From Bifidobacteriaceae bacterium (GTDB lineage: Bacteria > Actinomycetota > Actinomycetes > Actinomycetales > WQXJ01), in contig JAIROU010000136.1 of NCBI GenBank assembly GCA_031257375.1, positions 1 through 34,329 of the forward strand: DNA of 34,329 nucleotides. Direction: 5' to 3'. Shown here piece after piece: positions 1 through 8,204 of the stretch. Positions within the stretch are counted from its first letter, which is position 1, and each line of letters begins with the position of its first letter. The notes under the pieces were generated by a model, which was not told the origin of the DNA, ran no database searches, and was given only the letters and a program-made list of their open reading frames with translations. The translations under genes were made by a program, and so were the position numbers.

Positions 1-505
1 AGGCGACGAACTCGCGGAACAGGCTGAACGGAGGGTTGGTGATGATGAAGTCAGCCTCGTCGCGCAGCTTCGTGACCTCGGTGCCGCGGAAGTCGCCGTC
101 CCCCTCAAGGTAGCGCCACTGCAAGTCTTCGATGTTGGCCGCGCCGTCCTGGTTGACGTCATCGGCCTCCAGAGTGAACAGCTTCCCCTTCACAAGGTCC
201 CTGGCCTGGTCGAACTGGGGGTCACCGAACAGAGTCGGCTGGTAATAGGCGCCGCCGGCGTTGCTGTCCGGCGCGTAGCTGGTCGAGATCAGCTTCTTCA
301 ACCCGAAGTCAGCGAAGTGCAGCGCGAAGAACTTGGTGAAGTTGCTCCACTCCGGGTCATCGCATGGCAGCAGGACGACCTTGCCGCGGAACACATCGGG
401 GTTGTACTCCAAGTAGGCGTTCATCTCCCGTTCGATGTCCGCCCACTGAGTGTAGAACTCGTCGTTCTTCGCACGCTTGGCCGAAGCCAGGTTCGCGTTG
501 GCCAT
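1..505 (-). CDS. N6-adenine DNA methyltransferase, EcoRI-methylase-like family (partial; 3' end runs off the window)
   Basis: Not in the ORF track because it is open to the window edge. The minus strand has ATG at 505-503, preceded by GGAGGAAGGAG. It translates as MANANLASAKRAKNDEFYTQWADIEREMNAYLEYNPDVFRGKVVLLPCDDPEWSNFTKFFALHFADFGLKKLISTSY...DFIITNPPFSLFREFVA. The N-terminal KNDEFYT block, the (V/I)xxPCDD block and the catalytic NPPF motif are typical of the EcoRI-type adenine methylase family. Confidence 0.7.
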   Translation of the reverse strand, partial: MANANLASAKRAKNDEFYTQWADIEREMNAYLEYNPDVFRGKVVLLPCDDPEWSNFTKFFALHFADFGLKKLISTSYAPDSNAGGAYYQPTLFGDPQFDQARDLVKGKLFTLEADDVNQDGAANIEDLQWRYLEGDGDFRGTEVTKLRDEADFIITNPPFSLFREFVA

Positions 506-759
506 CTGCCCCACCGCTCCTTCCTCCCCGCCAACTGGTGATCCTCACAAGCCTACGGGAGGGGTCCGACGCCATGCCGAAGGGAAGCAAAAGTAGCTGC
601 GTCTGCCGCTGCGCTCTTGCGCAGTTTCAGTGTATCGCTGAACGCTCCCTCGGTCCGCTGGGGAGCGTGAGAGTTGCCGCACCGCTGAGTTGCCAAAAAT
701 GCCAGTCCCGGACCGCTGCGGCGCGCATGGGTGTGGACCGAGGCGACTAACCTGGCCCT

Positions 760-1839
760 GTGAGCGGGAGCGACGGTGCCACCAAGAACAAGGATGGCAG
801 TGGGGCGAAGTCAGATGATCAGGGCCTGCCAGAGGCCGCTTCGGCTGAACGGCGTCCAACGGAGCGCGCCACTGAAGCAGCGGTTCAGGCCCCGCATGGC
901 AATTCGTCCTGGGCTGGGCGAGGCGTCGCCCAGTTGCCACGGTTGGCGTCGCTTCCTGAGCTGATTGACTTCAGCTTTCCTGTCTCAGCGTCCTGGTCAA
1001 AGGTGTGGGAGCAGATCGGACGGAGCTTCTTGGCCAATATCGAGTTCCCGCGAATTGACCTGGGCGCGGGAGTGGCGTCTCTTCTCGGGCGCATCGATTT
1101 TGGCGCTTTCGACATTTCGCGCGGGTTAGCCAAGATCTTCGAGGCACAGCAAGCGCACCTGCTTGAAGCCCTGGCCAGTATCCGCCTCCCAGCGAATCGG
1201 GACCTGTACCCGCCGAACCTCAAGGACATTGATGGGCTGACGCTGGAAGAGATTCGAGAAGTCGCAATGGGCGACGGAATCGCGCTGTATCGCGTGCCTC
1301 GCAAGTCAACGGCCGAAGCCCTGATCCGAGCGCCCGGCGCTTCTGCGCGCCGACAAGTCCTCGGGCGGCGCTGGGCATCGATCTCTGCCGACTGCAGGGC
1401 ATGCGCGGAAGGCTGGGTCTCCGAGGCGACGGTACCGCTCAGAGCGGCAACCCTAGCCGCTCTCGACGCTTGCGACAGCGGCCACACCCAAGCGGCACAG
1501 GCGCTGACGGGATCCCTTGTGGACACGATCGTCCGCCGGTTGCTTGGTCAGGACCGACCCAAGTACGTCGAGAGCAAGGACACGACAACCAGCATCGCCT
1601 ATGACGATCTCACGGTTGGCGAGTTCATAGCCTTTGCCCCAATCTGGTCCGCGCACCTGAAGTTCTATCCCAGCGAGGGCGCGGCCGTGCCATCGGTGTT
1701 CAATCGACACGCCACGGCACACACCGTCAGCGCCAAACAGTTCAACCGGAGGAACACCATCCAAGCGCTGATGCTGGCATGCGGGCTGATCTCTTGGGCG
1801 GAAGACCAGATGCCCCATTCTGGGACGGTGGAGCATTGA
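760..1839 (+). CDS. hypothetical protein (359 aa), no recognisable family; C-terminal NRHATAH (Rx4H) motif weakly compatible with HEPN
   Basis: Long ORF with a GTG start at 760, co-directional with the kinase gene 113 bp downstream. Composition is lower-GC by eye than the core genes. The first ~60 aa are low complexity, so the true start may lie further downstream. The only motif seen is FNRHATAHTVS. Confidence 0.5.
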   Translation: MSGSDGATKNKDGSGAKSDDQGLPEAASAERRPTERATEAAVQAPHGNSSWAGRGVAQLPRLASLPELIDFSFPVSASWSKVWEQIGRSFLANIEFPRIDLGAGVASLLGRIDFGAFDISRGLAKIFEAQQAHLLEALASIRLPANRDLYPPNLKDIDGLTLEEIREVAMGDGIALYRVPRKSTAEALIRAPGASARRQVLGRRWASISADCRACAEGWVSEATVPLRAATLAALDACDSGHTQAAQALTGSLVDTIVRRLLGQDRPKYVESKDTTTSIAYDDLTVGEFIAFAPIWSAHLKFYPSEGAAVPSVFNRHATAHTVSAKQFNRRNTIQALMLACGLISWAEDQMPHSGTVEH

Positions 1840-2122
1840 GAGTTTCCACCGCTGCGGCCTTCTGCCGGAACCCGCAAAAAATCTACGGCAACGCCAGCCC
1901 GAGCGGCGCGCGGGATGCGTTTGACAGACCACGTTAGGAGTGGAACGACGCCATGCCTCTTGCAGCTGACCTAATGCTCAGCGATCTCAAGCAACGTTAC
2001 GCTGCTCGCGCTGCGACAGACGCTTTCACTCGGCTCTATGATGATCGGGAGTTCGGTCACATGTTCTCCGTGCTGCACCAGTGTCTCAACCAGCACTTTA
2101 TCGACATCAACGGTCGCGCTAA

Positions 2123-3114
2123 GAGGCTGTTTGGGAACCTGGCGGTGCGGCGTGTCGGGTCTGTGACGTGGGGGAACTCCTGGTAGCAAGGGAGCGACAA
2201 AACCACCCTTCCACCAGGAGTTCCGGTGCTAGTCTGCCTCACTTCCCCAGGCGGCGGCGAATCGGGGTGCTGTCGGCTCGCCGGGTACCACCCCGACGGG
2301 CGTGTGAGGCCCCGCCGCTACCCGACCGACCTGACCGACGCCCAGTGGGCGGTCCTCGACCCGCTCCTGCCCGACCCGGCATGGGCGGCCGGGCTCGGTG
2401 GACGCCCCGAGAAGCACTGCCGAAGACGGGTCGTGGACGCGATCTTGTACGTCCTGGACAACGGCATCAAGTGGCGCGCCCTGCCAGCGGACTTCCCGCC
2501 CTGGCAGACCGTGTACAGCCTGTTCCGCCGCTGGGAGCAGGCCGACGCCTCCGAGCGGATTCTGGACACCTTGCGCGACCGGGTCCGGCTCAAAACGGGC
2601 CGCGAAGCCGCGCCGTCGGCCGCGGTGATCGACTCCTCCTCGGTCAAAGGCGCACCCACCGTCGGCGGCCCGACCAGGGGATACGACGCCGGGAAGAAGG
2701 TCTCGGGCCGAAAACGCCACATCGCTGTGGACACTATGGGGCTGCTCATCTGCGTCCTGGTCACCGCCGCCAACGTCCAAGACCGCGACGGCGCCCGGCC
2801 CCTGCTCGAACTCCTGGCCGACGCCAGCGCCCGACTCAAACTCGTGTGGGCAGACGGCGGGTACGCGGGCAAACTCATCGACTGGGCCCGCCAGGCCACC
2901 GGCCTGGTCGTGTCCGTCGTCAAACGGACCGAACAGCACAAGTTCGTCGTCCTGCCCCGCCGCTGGGTCGTGGAACGGACCCTCGCCTGGATCGCCAGGC
3001 ACCGGCGCTGCGCCAAAGACTACGAGACACTCCCCGCCTGCCACGAGGCCTGGGTCCGCTGGTCACAGATCCGACTACTGCTCAGACGACTCGAATAAGT
3101 TCCCAAACAGCTTC
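2123..3114 (+). mobile_element. IS5-family insertion sequence (992 bp) with 16-bp terminal inverted repeats and a 3-bp TAA target-site duplication
   Basis: The left end is GAGGCTGTTTGGGAAC (2123-2138). The right end is GTTCCCAAACAGCTTC (3099-3114), whose reverse complement is GAAGCTGTTTGGGAAC, giving a 15/16 match. TAA lies at 2120-2122 and again at 3115-3117. There is a single transposase ORF inside. Confidence 0.85.
2226..3098 (+). CDS. IS5-family DDE transposase (DUF4096-type N-terminus + DDE_Tnp_1-type core)
   Basis: The translation contains TDLTDAQWAVLDPLLP, ILYVLDNGIKWRALPADFPPWQTVYSLFRRW, AVIDSSSVKG, GYDAGKKVSGRKRHIAVDTMGLL, WADGGYAG and RRWVVERTLAWI..RRCAKDYE, all typical of IS5-family transposases. 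The GTG at 2226 is the longest start. The GTG at 2304 (VRPRRYPTDL...) is a plausible real start. Confidence 0.85.
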   Translation: MLVCLTSPGGGESGCCRLAGYHPDGRVRPRRYPTDLTDAQWAVLDPLLPDPAWAAGLGGRPEKHCRRRVVDAILYVLDNGIKWRALPADFPPWQTVYSLFRRWEQADASERILDTLRDRVRLKTGREAAPSAAVIDSSSVKGAPTVGGPTRGYDAGKKVSGRKRHIAVDTMGLLICVLVTAANVQDRDGARPLLELLADASARLKLVWADGGYAGKLIDWARQATGLVVSVVKRTEQHKFVVLPRRWVVERTLAWIARHRRCAKDYETLPACHEAWVRWSQIRLLLRRLE

Positions 3115-4139
3115 TAAGACAACCCACCATTACTGGGCCGAACCCAGTCGCGACCTGCTTTCGCTCATCGATGAGCTTTGGGAGGATCTTGGCGGTCTGA
3201 ACAGTATCGGCATCGAGGTGGCGCTCGACCGGAGATACCGCGACGCGCTCGAACGCGTTCGGCCTTGGCTGTCGAGCAGCGGCGGCAGTACCGTGCCCGA
3301 CGATTTTGAGCTTATCGAGGTGATCAAGTTCGAACCGGTGTTCACCCGATCGGCTACCGCTGTGGGCCTCGGGAAGAACACGGCGCCCGCGAAGCTCGCA
3401 ATGATCGGGGAGGGCTCATACGCAACGGTGTATTCCTTCGTTGACCCCGACTACGGCATCAAGGTCGCCGTCAAGCGCGCCAAGCGAGGGATCAGCGAGC
3501 GTGACCTCTACCGCTTCAGACAGAAGTTCGAAGTCATGAAAGCTTTGAACTTCCCCTACATCGTCCAGGTTTACCGATACGGCAACGACCGCAACGAATA
3601 CCTTATGGAGTTCTGTGATGAGACCTTGAGAACATACATAGCGAGCCGGAACAGCGACCTCTCGTTCTTGTCACGAAAGCGGATTGCCCTTCAGTTCCTC
3701 TACGGCATCAACTACCTCCACAGCGAGGGCTTGCTCCACCGTGACGTCAGTCTTCAGAATGTGCTGCTCAAGGTCTACGCCAAGGGCGCGGTCTTGGTGA
3801 AGCTGTCCGACTTCGGTCTCGTTAAGGATCGGGATTCCGAGTTCACGCGGACGCGAACAAACATGCGGGGAACGATCAGGGACCCCCTTCTCCACAGCTT
3901 CAAGGACTACGACGTCGTCAATGAGATCTACTCCATCGGATGGGTTCTTTCCTACATTTTCACTGGCCGCGAAGCGCTGGCCACGTCTGGCGGACCCGTA
4001 GGTGCGATCATTGAGAAATGCACGGTCAACAACGCCGAGCAGCGTTACCAACGCGTCCTCGCCTTGATTTCTGACGTTGAAGGCCTCCCTGCCACCCCGA
4101 CAGACGCTCCCGCCTAGACATGGCGCGGCCATCGCGTGG

Positions 4140-4180
4140 GGACAGAGGGCAACCGATGGCGGACCGATTGCCCTCTGTCC
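4140..4180. terminator. perfect 13-bp-stem hairpin between the convergent kinase and relaxase genes (putative bidirectional terminator)
   Basis: GGACAGAGGGCAA (4140-4152) and TTGCCCTCTGTCC (4168-4180) are exact reverse complements around a 15-nt loop. The hairpin lies between the stop at 4117 (+) and the stop at 4227 (-). There is no clear U-tract. Confidence 0.5.
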
Positions 4181-4226
4181 GCTGGGGCCAAGTCCGTTCG
4201 GTTTGTCCTGTTGACGGGGGAGGTCA

Positions 4227-7200
4227 CTACAGCGATGGTCCGGGCCGCCTGCTGGTCTCGTTGTGCTTGGCAACGACAGGCGCCAGTCCGCGGCGTATCC
4301 GCTGCACCCGTTCGACCGCCTCCCTTGCTGCTTCCTCGGTGGCAGCCCGTGCGGATTCGATCAGAGTGGCGGCCTCGCCGATGGGCAGGGCGCGCAGTTC
4401 GGCGGCCTGTCTGCGAGCGGTTTCCGCATTGGCGCGGGCGGCGGCGGCTTGCCGGGCGGGGTTGGTGAGCCTGGCCCGCACCGGGTCGCGGCGGACTTGT
4501 TCGGCCCCGTATTCGGCAGCCAGCAGCGCCATCCGCTCGCGCTCGTGCCGCGCCCCGGTCGCATCTTGGGCGGCCTTCACGGCCTGGACCGTCCGGGTCG
4601 CGGCAACCACGCCGGGGTCGCTCTCGGCCTGCTTCTTTGCTTGCTCGACGGCCCAGGCGCCCATGGTGTCGGCGTCTCGCGGGGCCTCGTTCCAGGCGGC
4701 GCGGACCCGTTGACGAGCCTGGTCGGCCTTTGCGGCCGCGCTGCGGTGCTCGGTTCTGGCGCGGCGCCGGGCGAACCTGCCAACCGTGGCGGCTCTGGAG
4801 CGGGCGGCGGCTTCGTCCGCGACGGCCGCCAGGAACTCCGCGCCTTCGGTTTCGGCCCGGACGGCCAGCGGTGCCGCCGCCTGGGCGAGTATCCGCGCGG
4901 CGTGTTCCTCGGCCCGGCGCACCGCGGCGGCGGCTTGCTCGTCTTCGGCTTGGTGGGCGGCGCGTTGGTTGTCGAGCCGGGAGGCGGTCTGCTCCCACCG
5001 GCCGGCGCGGAGGTCCGCCTGCCTGGCTTGCTGGTCGAGGCGGGCCAGTTCGGCGGCGACCAGGCTGGCCGGGCCGTCAGCGACGAGGCCGGACACTGCC
5101 TCCTTGGCGGCCTGGGCGGCGGCGGACAGGCCCCGGTCGGCGCGGTCGCGTCCCATCGCCTCAACATACTGGGCTTTGGCGTCGGCCATGCCGACGGCCA
5201 CGACGTGCAGGGTGTTGGTTTGTCGGCCCCGGGTCATCCCGACGTAGACGCCGGCCGCGCCCAACCCGTCAGACAACACCGTGTGCGACTGCGCGACGGT
5301 GGCGCCTTGGACGCCGTAGGCTGTGGCGGCGTAGGCAAGGTGGGTGTGCCCGGCCACGTATTCGGAGGGCAGGAGCACCGTCCTGGGGCGCTTGCGGCCG
5401 ACGCTGGTCTCGCGGGCGCGGACGGCGCCGTCCTCGGCGACTTGTTGGACGGTCCAGGTTTCCCGGTTCGCCACGCCCAGGCGGGCATCGTTCAACCGGG
5501 TTTGGATCACATCGCCCGCGCCGATGGGCAGCCCGTCGCAACCGGCCGCGGTCAACGTGTCGTCAACCTGGCCGCGTTCCACCCGCTCGGCGCGGATTTG
5601 CTGGTTCAACAAGGCGGCCTCGTCGTTGGTGGCCGCGGTGACGGCCGAGCCGTCCGAATGCCCGGCGGCGATGTGGTCGCGCAGCGAGTCCTCGTCGGTG
5701 TGCAACTGGACCAGGCCCAGGTTCCGCAACTGGTCGAACACGCCCGCCGGGTCCGCGCCGTCGCGCATTTGGATCGTCAATTGGGCGTATTCGGGGTCGT
5801 TGAACCGGTGGACGCTGGCCATGTCGAACACCCGGCCCCTGATCTGGGCGGCCATGTCCAACACCCCGCCCCGCCCAACTGCCGGGAGTTGGGCGCGGTC
5901 CCCGACCAGGGCGATGGTCGCGCCCGCTTGTTTGGCTACGGTGAGCAGCGCGATGGCGGTGTCCTGGTCGAGCATGCCGGCCTCGTCCACTATCACCCTC
6001 TCGCCCCTCGCCAGCCTGGCCGCCGGGGGCGGGCCGGCGTAAACGGCCCCGGTGGCGGGGTCCGGGTCGCCGGTCTGGAGGCGGGTCCACACGCCGTCTT
6101 GGTTCCACCGCCACCCGTGGGCGTGGACCAGCGCGGCCGCCGAGCCTGCGGGGACTCCGAGTTCTTGTTCTGCGGCCCGGGCGGCGCGCAGTGTCGGGGC
6201 GACCAGCCGCGCCGCCCGATCCGTCCTCGCGGTGGCGGCGATGGCGGCGCCGAGCATGGTGGTCTTGCCGGCCCCGGCCGCGCCCTCCACTATCACCAGC
6301 GGATCGGTTGACGCGATCTCGGCGGCCGCCGCCGCCTGGTCCGGGTCCAGGTTCATTGCGGTGGCCAGGTCCGCAAGGTCGGGGAGGTCAGGTTCTGCGC
6401 TGGGGACGCTGGTTTGCAGCAGGTCGCGCAGCGCCAGGTCGGCTTCGATGACGCGCAGGGAAGTCCAGTGCGCGGCGTGCTCCGGGGCGGGCGCGCCCAA
6501 CGGCAGCACCGAGAAGCAGTCCTCCAACGCCAACCGCGCGGCGATGGCGGTGAACTCGCGCAACTCGGCGGGGGTGGCGGTGACGCCGTGCTCGGTGGTG
6601 ATCCGGGTGACATGCTCCAAGATGGTGTGCGCGGTCCAGGTTGACGCGGCCGCGGCGCACCGGTCCAACGCCCTTGACGCGACCTGCTGGACGCTCAGAT
6701 CGGCCAGCGCGACCGGCGTGGACTGCGCGGCGCGGCGCAGCCCGGCGGGGTCGCAACCCGCCTGGCGCAATTCCGCCCGCCACCATTCCTCGCCGCGCAG
6801 CAGGTCGGGCTTCTTGCCGGGCCGGCCGCGCGCCCACGCGGTGGCCTGCATCCTGGCCGTCAACGCCGGGCCGGGAGTCTCGCCCGGATGCGCCGCCTCC
6901 CACTCGGCGCGCATCTCGGCCAGGTTCCGCTGGATCTGCGCAGAGCGTTTGCTCATTACACCGTTGAACTGCTGCAACTCGATGACCTCCCCGGACACCG
7001 GGTCGAGCGTCAAACCGCAACTGTCCAATGCCGCCGCAAGCCGCGGGTGGGCAGCGATCACCGCCGCGCCCAAAGCCCGGATCGCGCCTTGCTGCTTGAA
7101 CAGCGCCGCCGTGTCGAGCGCCCGCCACGCCCCGGCGGCGTAGACCCTCGCGCCGATCTGCAAATGGCTGTGGCAGTGCGGGTCCCCCGCCCGGCTGGTG

Positions 7201-7679
7201 CGGTGCGCGATGCCCACGGCCTGCAACCGCTCCACCGCGACGACCTCCTGCGAGCCGCGCGGCCCCACCCTGGTCACCGAATGGGCCGCCAGCCACCGTT
7301 TGATCTCGGCCACCGCGTCACGCTGCGCCAAGTCCAACGCCGCAGACACCTCCGGGTGCAGAACCGCCGCCACCGACAGCGACTTCGGCGCGTTGACAAC
7401 CATCTCCGCGAACAACGGCGAACCCCGCCGCCCCTCGCACGGCAGGCGAGGCTTGCCCATCTTCTCCCCGGTCGCGGGGTCGGCCCAGTTGACCCACGCC
7501 TCGTACTCGTCGGCGGACAAGGAGCGCTGGCTGATCGTTTCGCCGTCCGGCCCCAACTCGGCCCATTCGGCCACGCTGCCGCCGCCGAGGTAGTAGTCGT
7601 CGACGCGGGAATGATCTGCCTCCACGTAGCGGCGCGCGGCCGCGCCCGAGCCCCGGAACAGGACCACCCCGCCCGTCAT
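4227..7679 (-). CDS. traA: conjugative relaxase-helicase, MobF/TrwC-TraA type, with a long Ala/Arg/Glu-rich C-terminal tail
   Basis: The N-terminal relaxase domain has the histidine triad HRTSRAGDPHCHSHLQI. A central AAA_30/RecD-like helicase has Walker A VIVEGAAGAGKTTMLG and Walker B RVIVDEAGML. The C-terminal ~350 aa looks like low-complexity coiled coil. The start is chosen at the ATG at 7679 (MTGGVVLFRGSG...), preceded by AGGGAGGG; the track ORF extends to 7724. Confidence 0.85.
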   Translation of the reverse strand: MTGGVVLFRGSGAAARRYVEADHSRVDDYYLGGGSVAEWAELGPDGETISQRSLSADEYEAWVNWADPATGEKMGKPRLPCEGRRGSPLFAEMVVNAPKSLSVAAVLHPEVSAALDLAQRDAVAEIKRWLAAHSVTRVGPRGSQEVVAVERLQAVGIAHRTSRAGDPHCHSHLQIGARVYAAGAWRALDTAALFKQQGAIRALGAAVIAAHPRLAAALDSCGLTLDPVSGEVIELQQFNGVMSKRSAQIQRNLAEMRAEWEAAHPGETPGPALTARMQATAWARGRPGKKPDLLRGEEWWRAELRQAGCDPAGLRRAAQSTPVALADLSVQQVASRALDRCAAAASTWTAHTILEHVTRITTEHGVTATPAELREFTAIAARLALEDCFSVLPLGAPAPEHAAHWTSLRVIEADLALRDLLQTSVPSAEPDLPDLADLATAMNLDPDQAAAAAEIASTDPLVIVEGAAGAGKTTMLGAAIAATARTDRAARLVAPTLRAARAAEQELGVPAGSAAALVHAHGWRWNQDGVWTRLQTGDPDPATGAVYAGPPPAARLARGERVIVDEAGMLDQDTAIALLTVAKQAGATIALVGDRAQLPAVGRGGVLDMAAQIRGRVFDMASVHRFNDPEYAQLTIQMRDGADPAGVFDQLRNLGLVQLHTDEDSLRDHIAAGHSDGSAVTAATNDEAALLNQQIRAERVERGQVDDTLTAAGCDGLPIGAGDVIQTRLNDARLGVANRETWTVQQVAEDGAVRARETSVGRKRPRTVLLPSEYVAGHTHLAYAATAYGVQGATVAQSHTVLSDGLGAAGVYVGMTRGRQTNTLHVVAVGMADAKAQYVEAMGRDRADRGLSAAAQAAKEAVSGLVADGPASLVAAELARLDQQARQADLRAGRWEQTASRLDNQRAAHQAEDEQAAAAVRRAEEHAARILAQAAAPLAVRAETEGAEFLAAVADEAAARSRAATVGRFARRRARTEHRSAAAKADQARQRVRAAWNEAPRDADTMGAWAVEQAKKQAESDPGVVAATRTVQAVKAAQDATGARHERERMALLAAEYGAEQVRRDPVRARLTNPARQAAAARANAETARRQAAELRALPIGEAATLIESARAATEEAAREAVERVQRIRRGLAPVVAKHNETSRRPGPSL

Positions 7680-7737
7680 TTCGCCCTCCCTGGTGAGTTG
7701 TTTCACCAGGCAGGTGCGCATCATCTACCTGCGGTAG

Positions 7738-7852
7738 CATCCGTCCATCCAAGTCAGTCCATCCAAGTCAGTCCAAGTCAGTCACATCCAAGTCAGTCAT
7801 CCAAGTCAGTCATCCATCAATCACATCCATCAATCACTCGATCCGTCAATCC
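7738..7852. repeat. tandem array of about nine 10-14 bp ATCC-initiated units, 60-170 bp upstream of the relaxase start
   Basis: TCCAAGTCAGTC occurs at 7748, 7762, 7772, 7787 and 7800. ATCCATCAATCAC occurs at 7812 and 7825. Degenerate units ATCCGTCC (7738) and ATCCGTCAATCC (7841) flank these. The region is non-coding; only the spurious ORF 6888..7994 overlaps it. Confidence 0.9.
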
Positions 7853-8204
7853 AATTCGGAGTCGGAGTCGCGTGGATGAGCTTCCTCATCAGTCATTCAG
7901 CGCCTGCGGCGCGCCGTGGGCTGGGAAAGCCGGGAATAGTGGGCGAGTTTCCGGGATGGGCGGGGCTTGCGGGGTGACTCCGGGCGGGGCATGATCGGCG
8001 TGGGACGTTCGCCGGGGCATCCCCGGAAACCTTCTTGGGGCCCGTGAGCCCGGTAATCAGTCTGGCGGATGGTGGCCTTTCCGCGGTCGGGACCGTGGCT
8101 TGTCGCTTTGAGCACGTGCGTCAGAATCGCACAGAGATGTATTTCCCAGGCCGCCGCCCGGGGTCCGTCCTGACCGGATGAGGGGACAACGGACGGAGGA
8201 GGCT

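Larger units (their letters stand above)
1953..4117 (+). pseudogene. Hanks-type Ser/Thr protein kinase with an unknown ~150-aa N-terminal domain, interrupted by an IS5-family element
   Basis: The 5' part is 1953-2122 (MPLAADLMLSDLKQRY...FIDINGRA). The 3' part is 3118-4117. Removing the IS (2123-3114) and one TAA copy joins them in frame as ...INGRA-K-TTHHYWAEPSRDLLSLIDELWEDL.... Kinase motifs present: G-loop IGEGSYATVY, VAVKRAK lysine, catalytic loop HRDVSLQNVLL, DFG (LSDFGL), and subdomain IX EIYSIGWVL. Confidence 0.8.

Noticed and set aside
2168-4117. 649-aa ORF in the supplied track
   Set aside because: It is a chimera. Its first ~310 codons read through the IS5 element in a non-transposase frame, giving Arg/Pro/Gly-rich nonsense. 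Only the part from about 3118 onward is the genuine 3' portion of the kinase gene, whose real 5' end is 1953-2122.
4114-6311. Long ORFs antisense or out of frame to the relaxase (4114..4998 -, 4263..6311 +, 4577..5167 -, 4637..5641 +, 6052..7143 +, 6388..7296 -)
   Set aside because: They are typical high-GC shadow ORFs with Arg/Gly/Pro/Ala-dominated translations and no motifs. The relaxase frame alone carries recognisable TrwC and helicase motifs.
7738-7852. Possible CRISPR array
   Set aside because: The units are only 10-14 bp and directly abut one another with no unique spacers. No cas genes are present in the window.
6888-7994. 368-aa plus-strand ORF spanning the relaxase start and the repeat array
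   Set aside because: Its reading frame is created by the tandem repeats (SQSIQVSPSQSHPSQSSKS...) and by antisense relaxase sequence. It has no coding signature.
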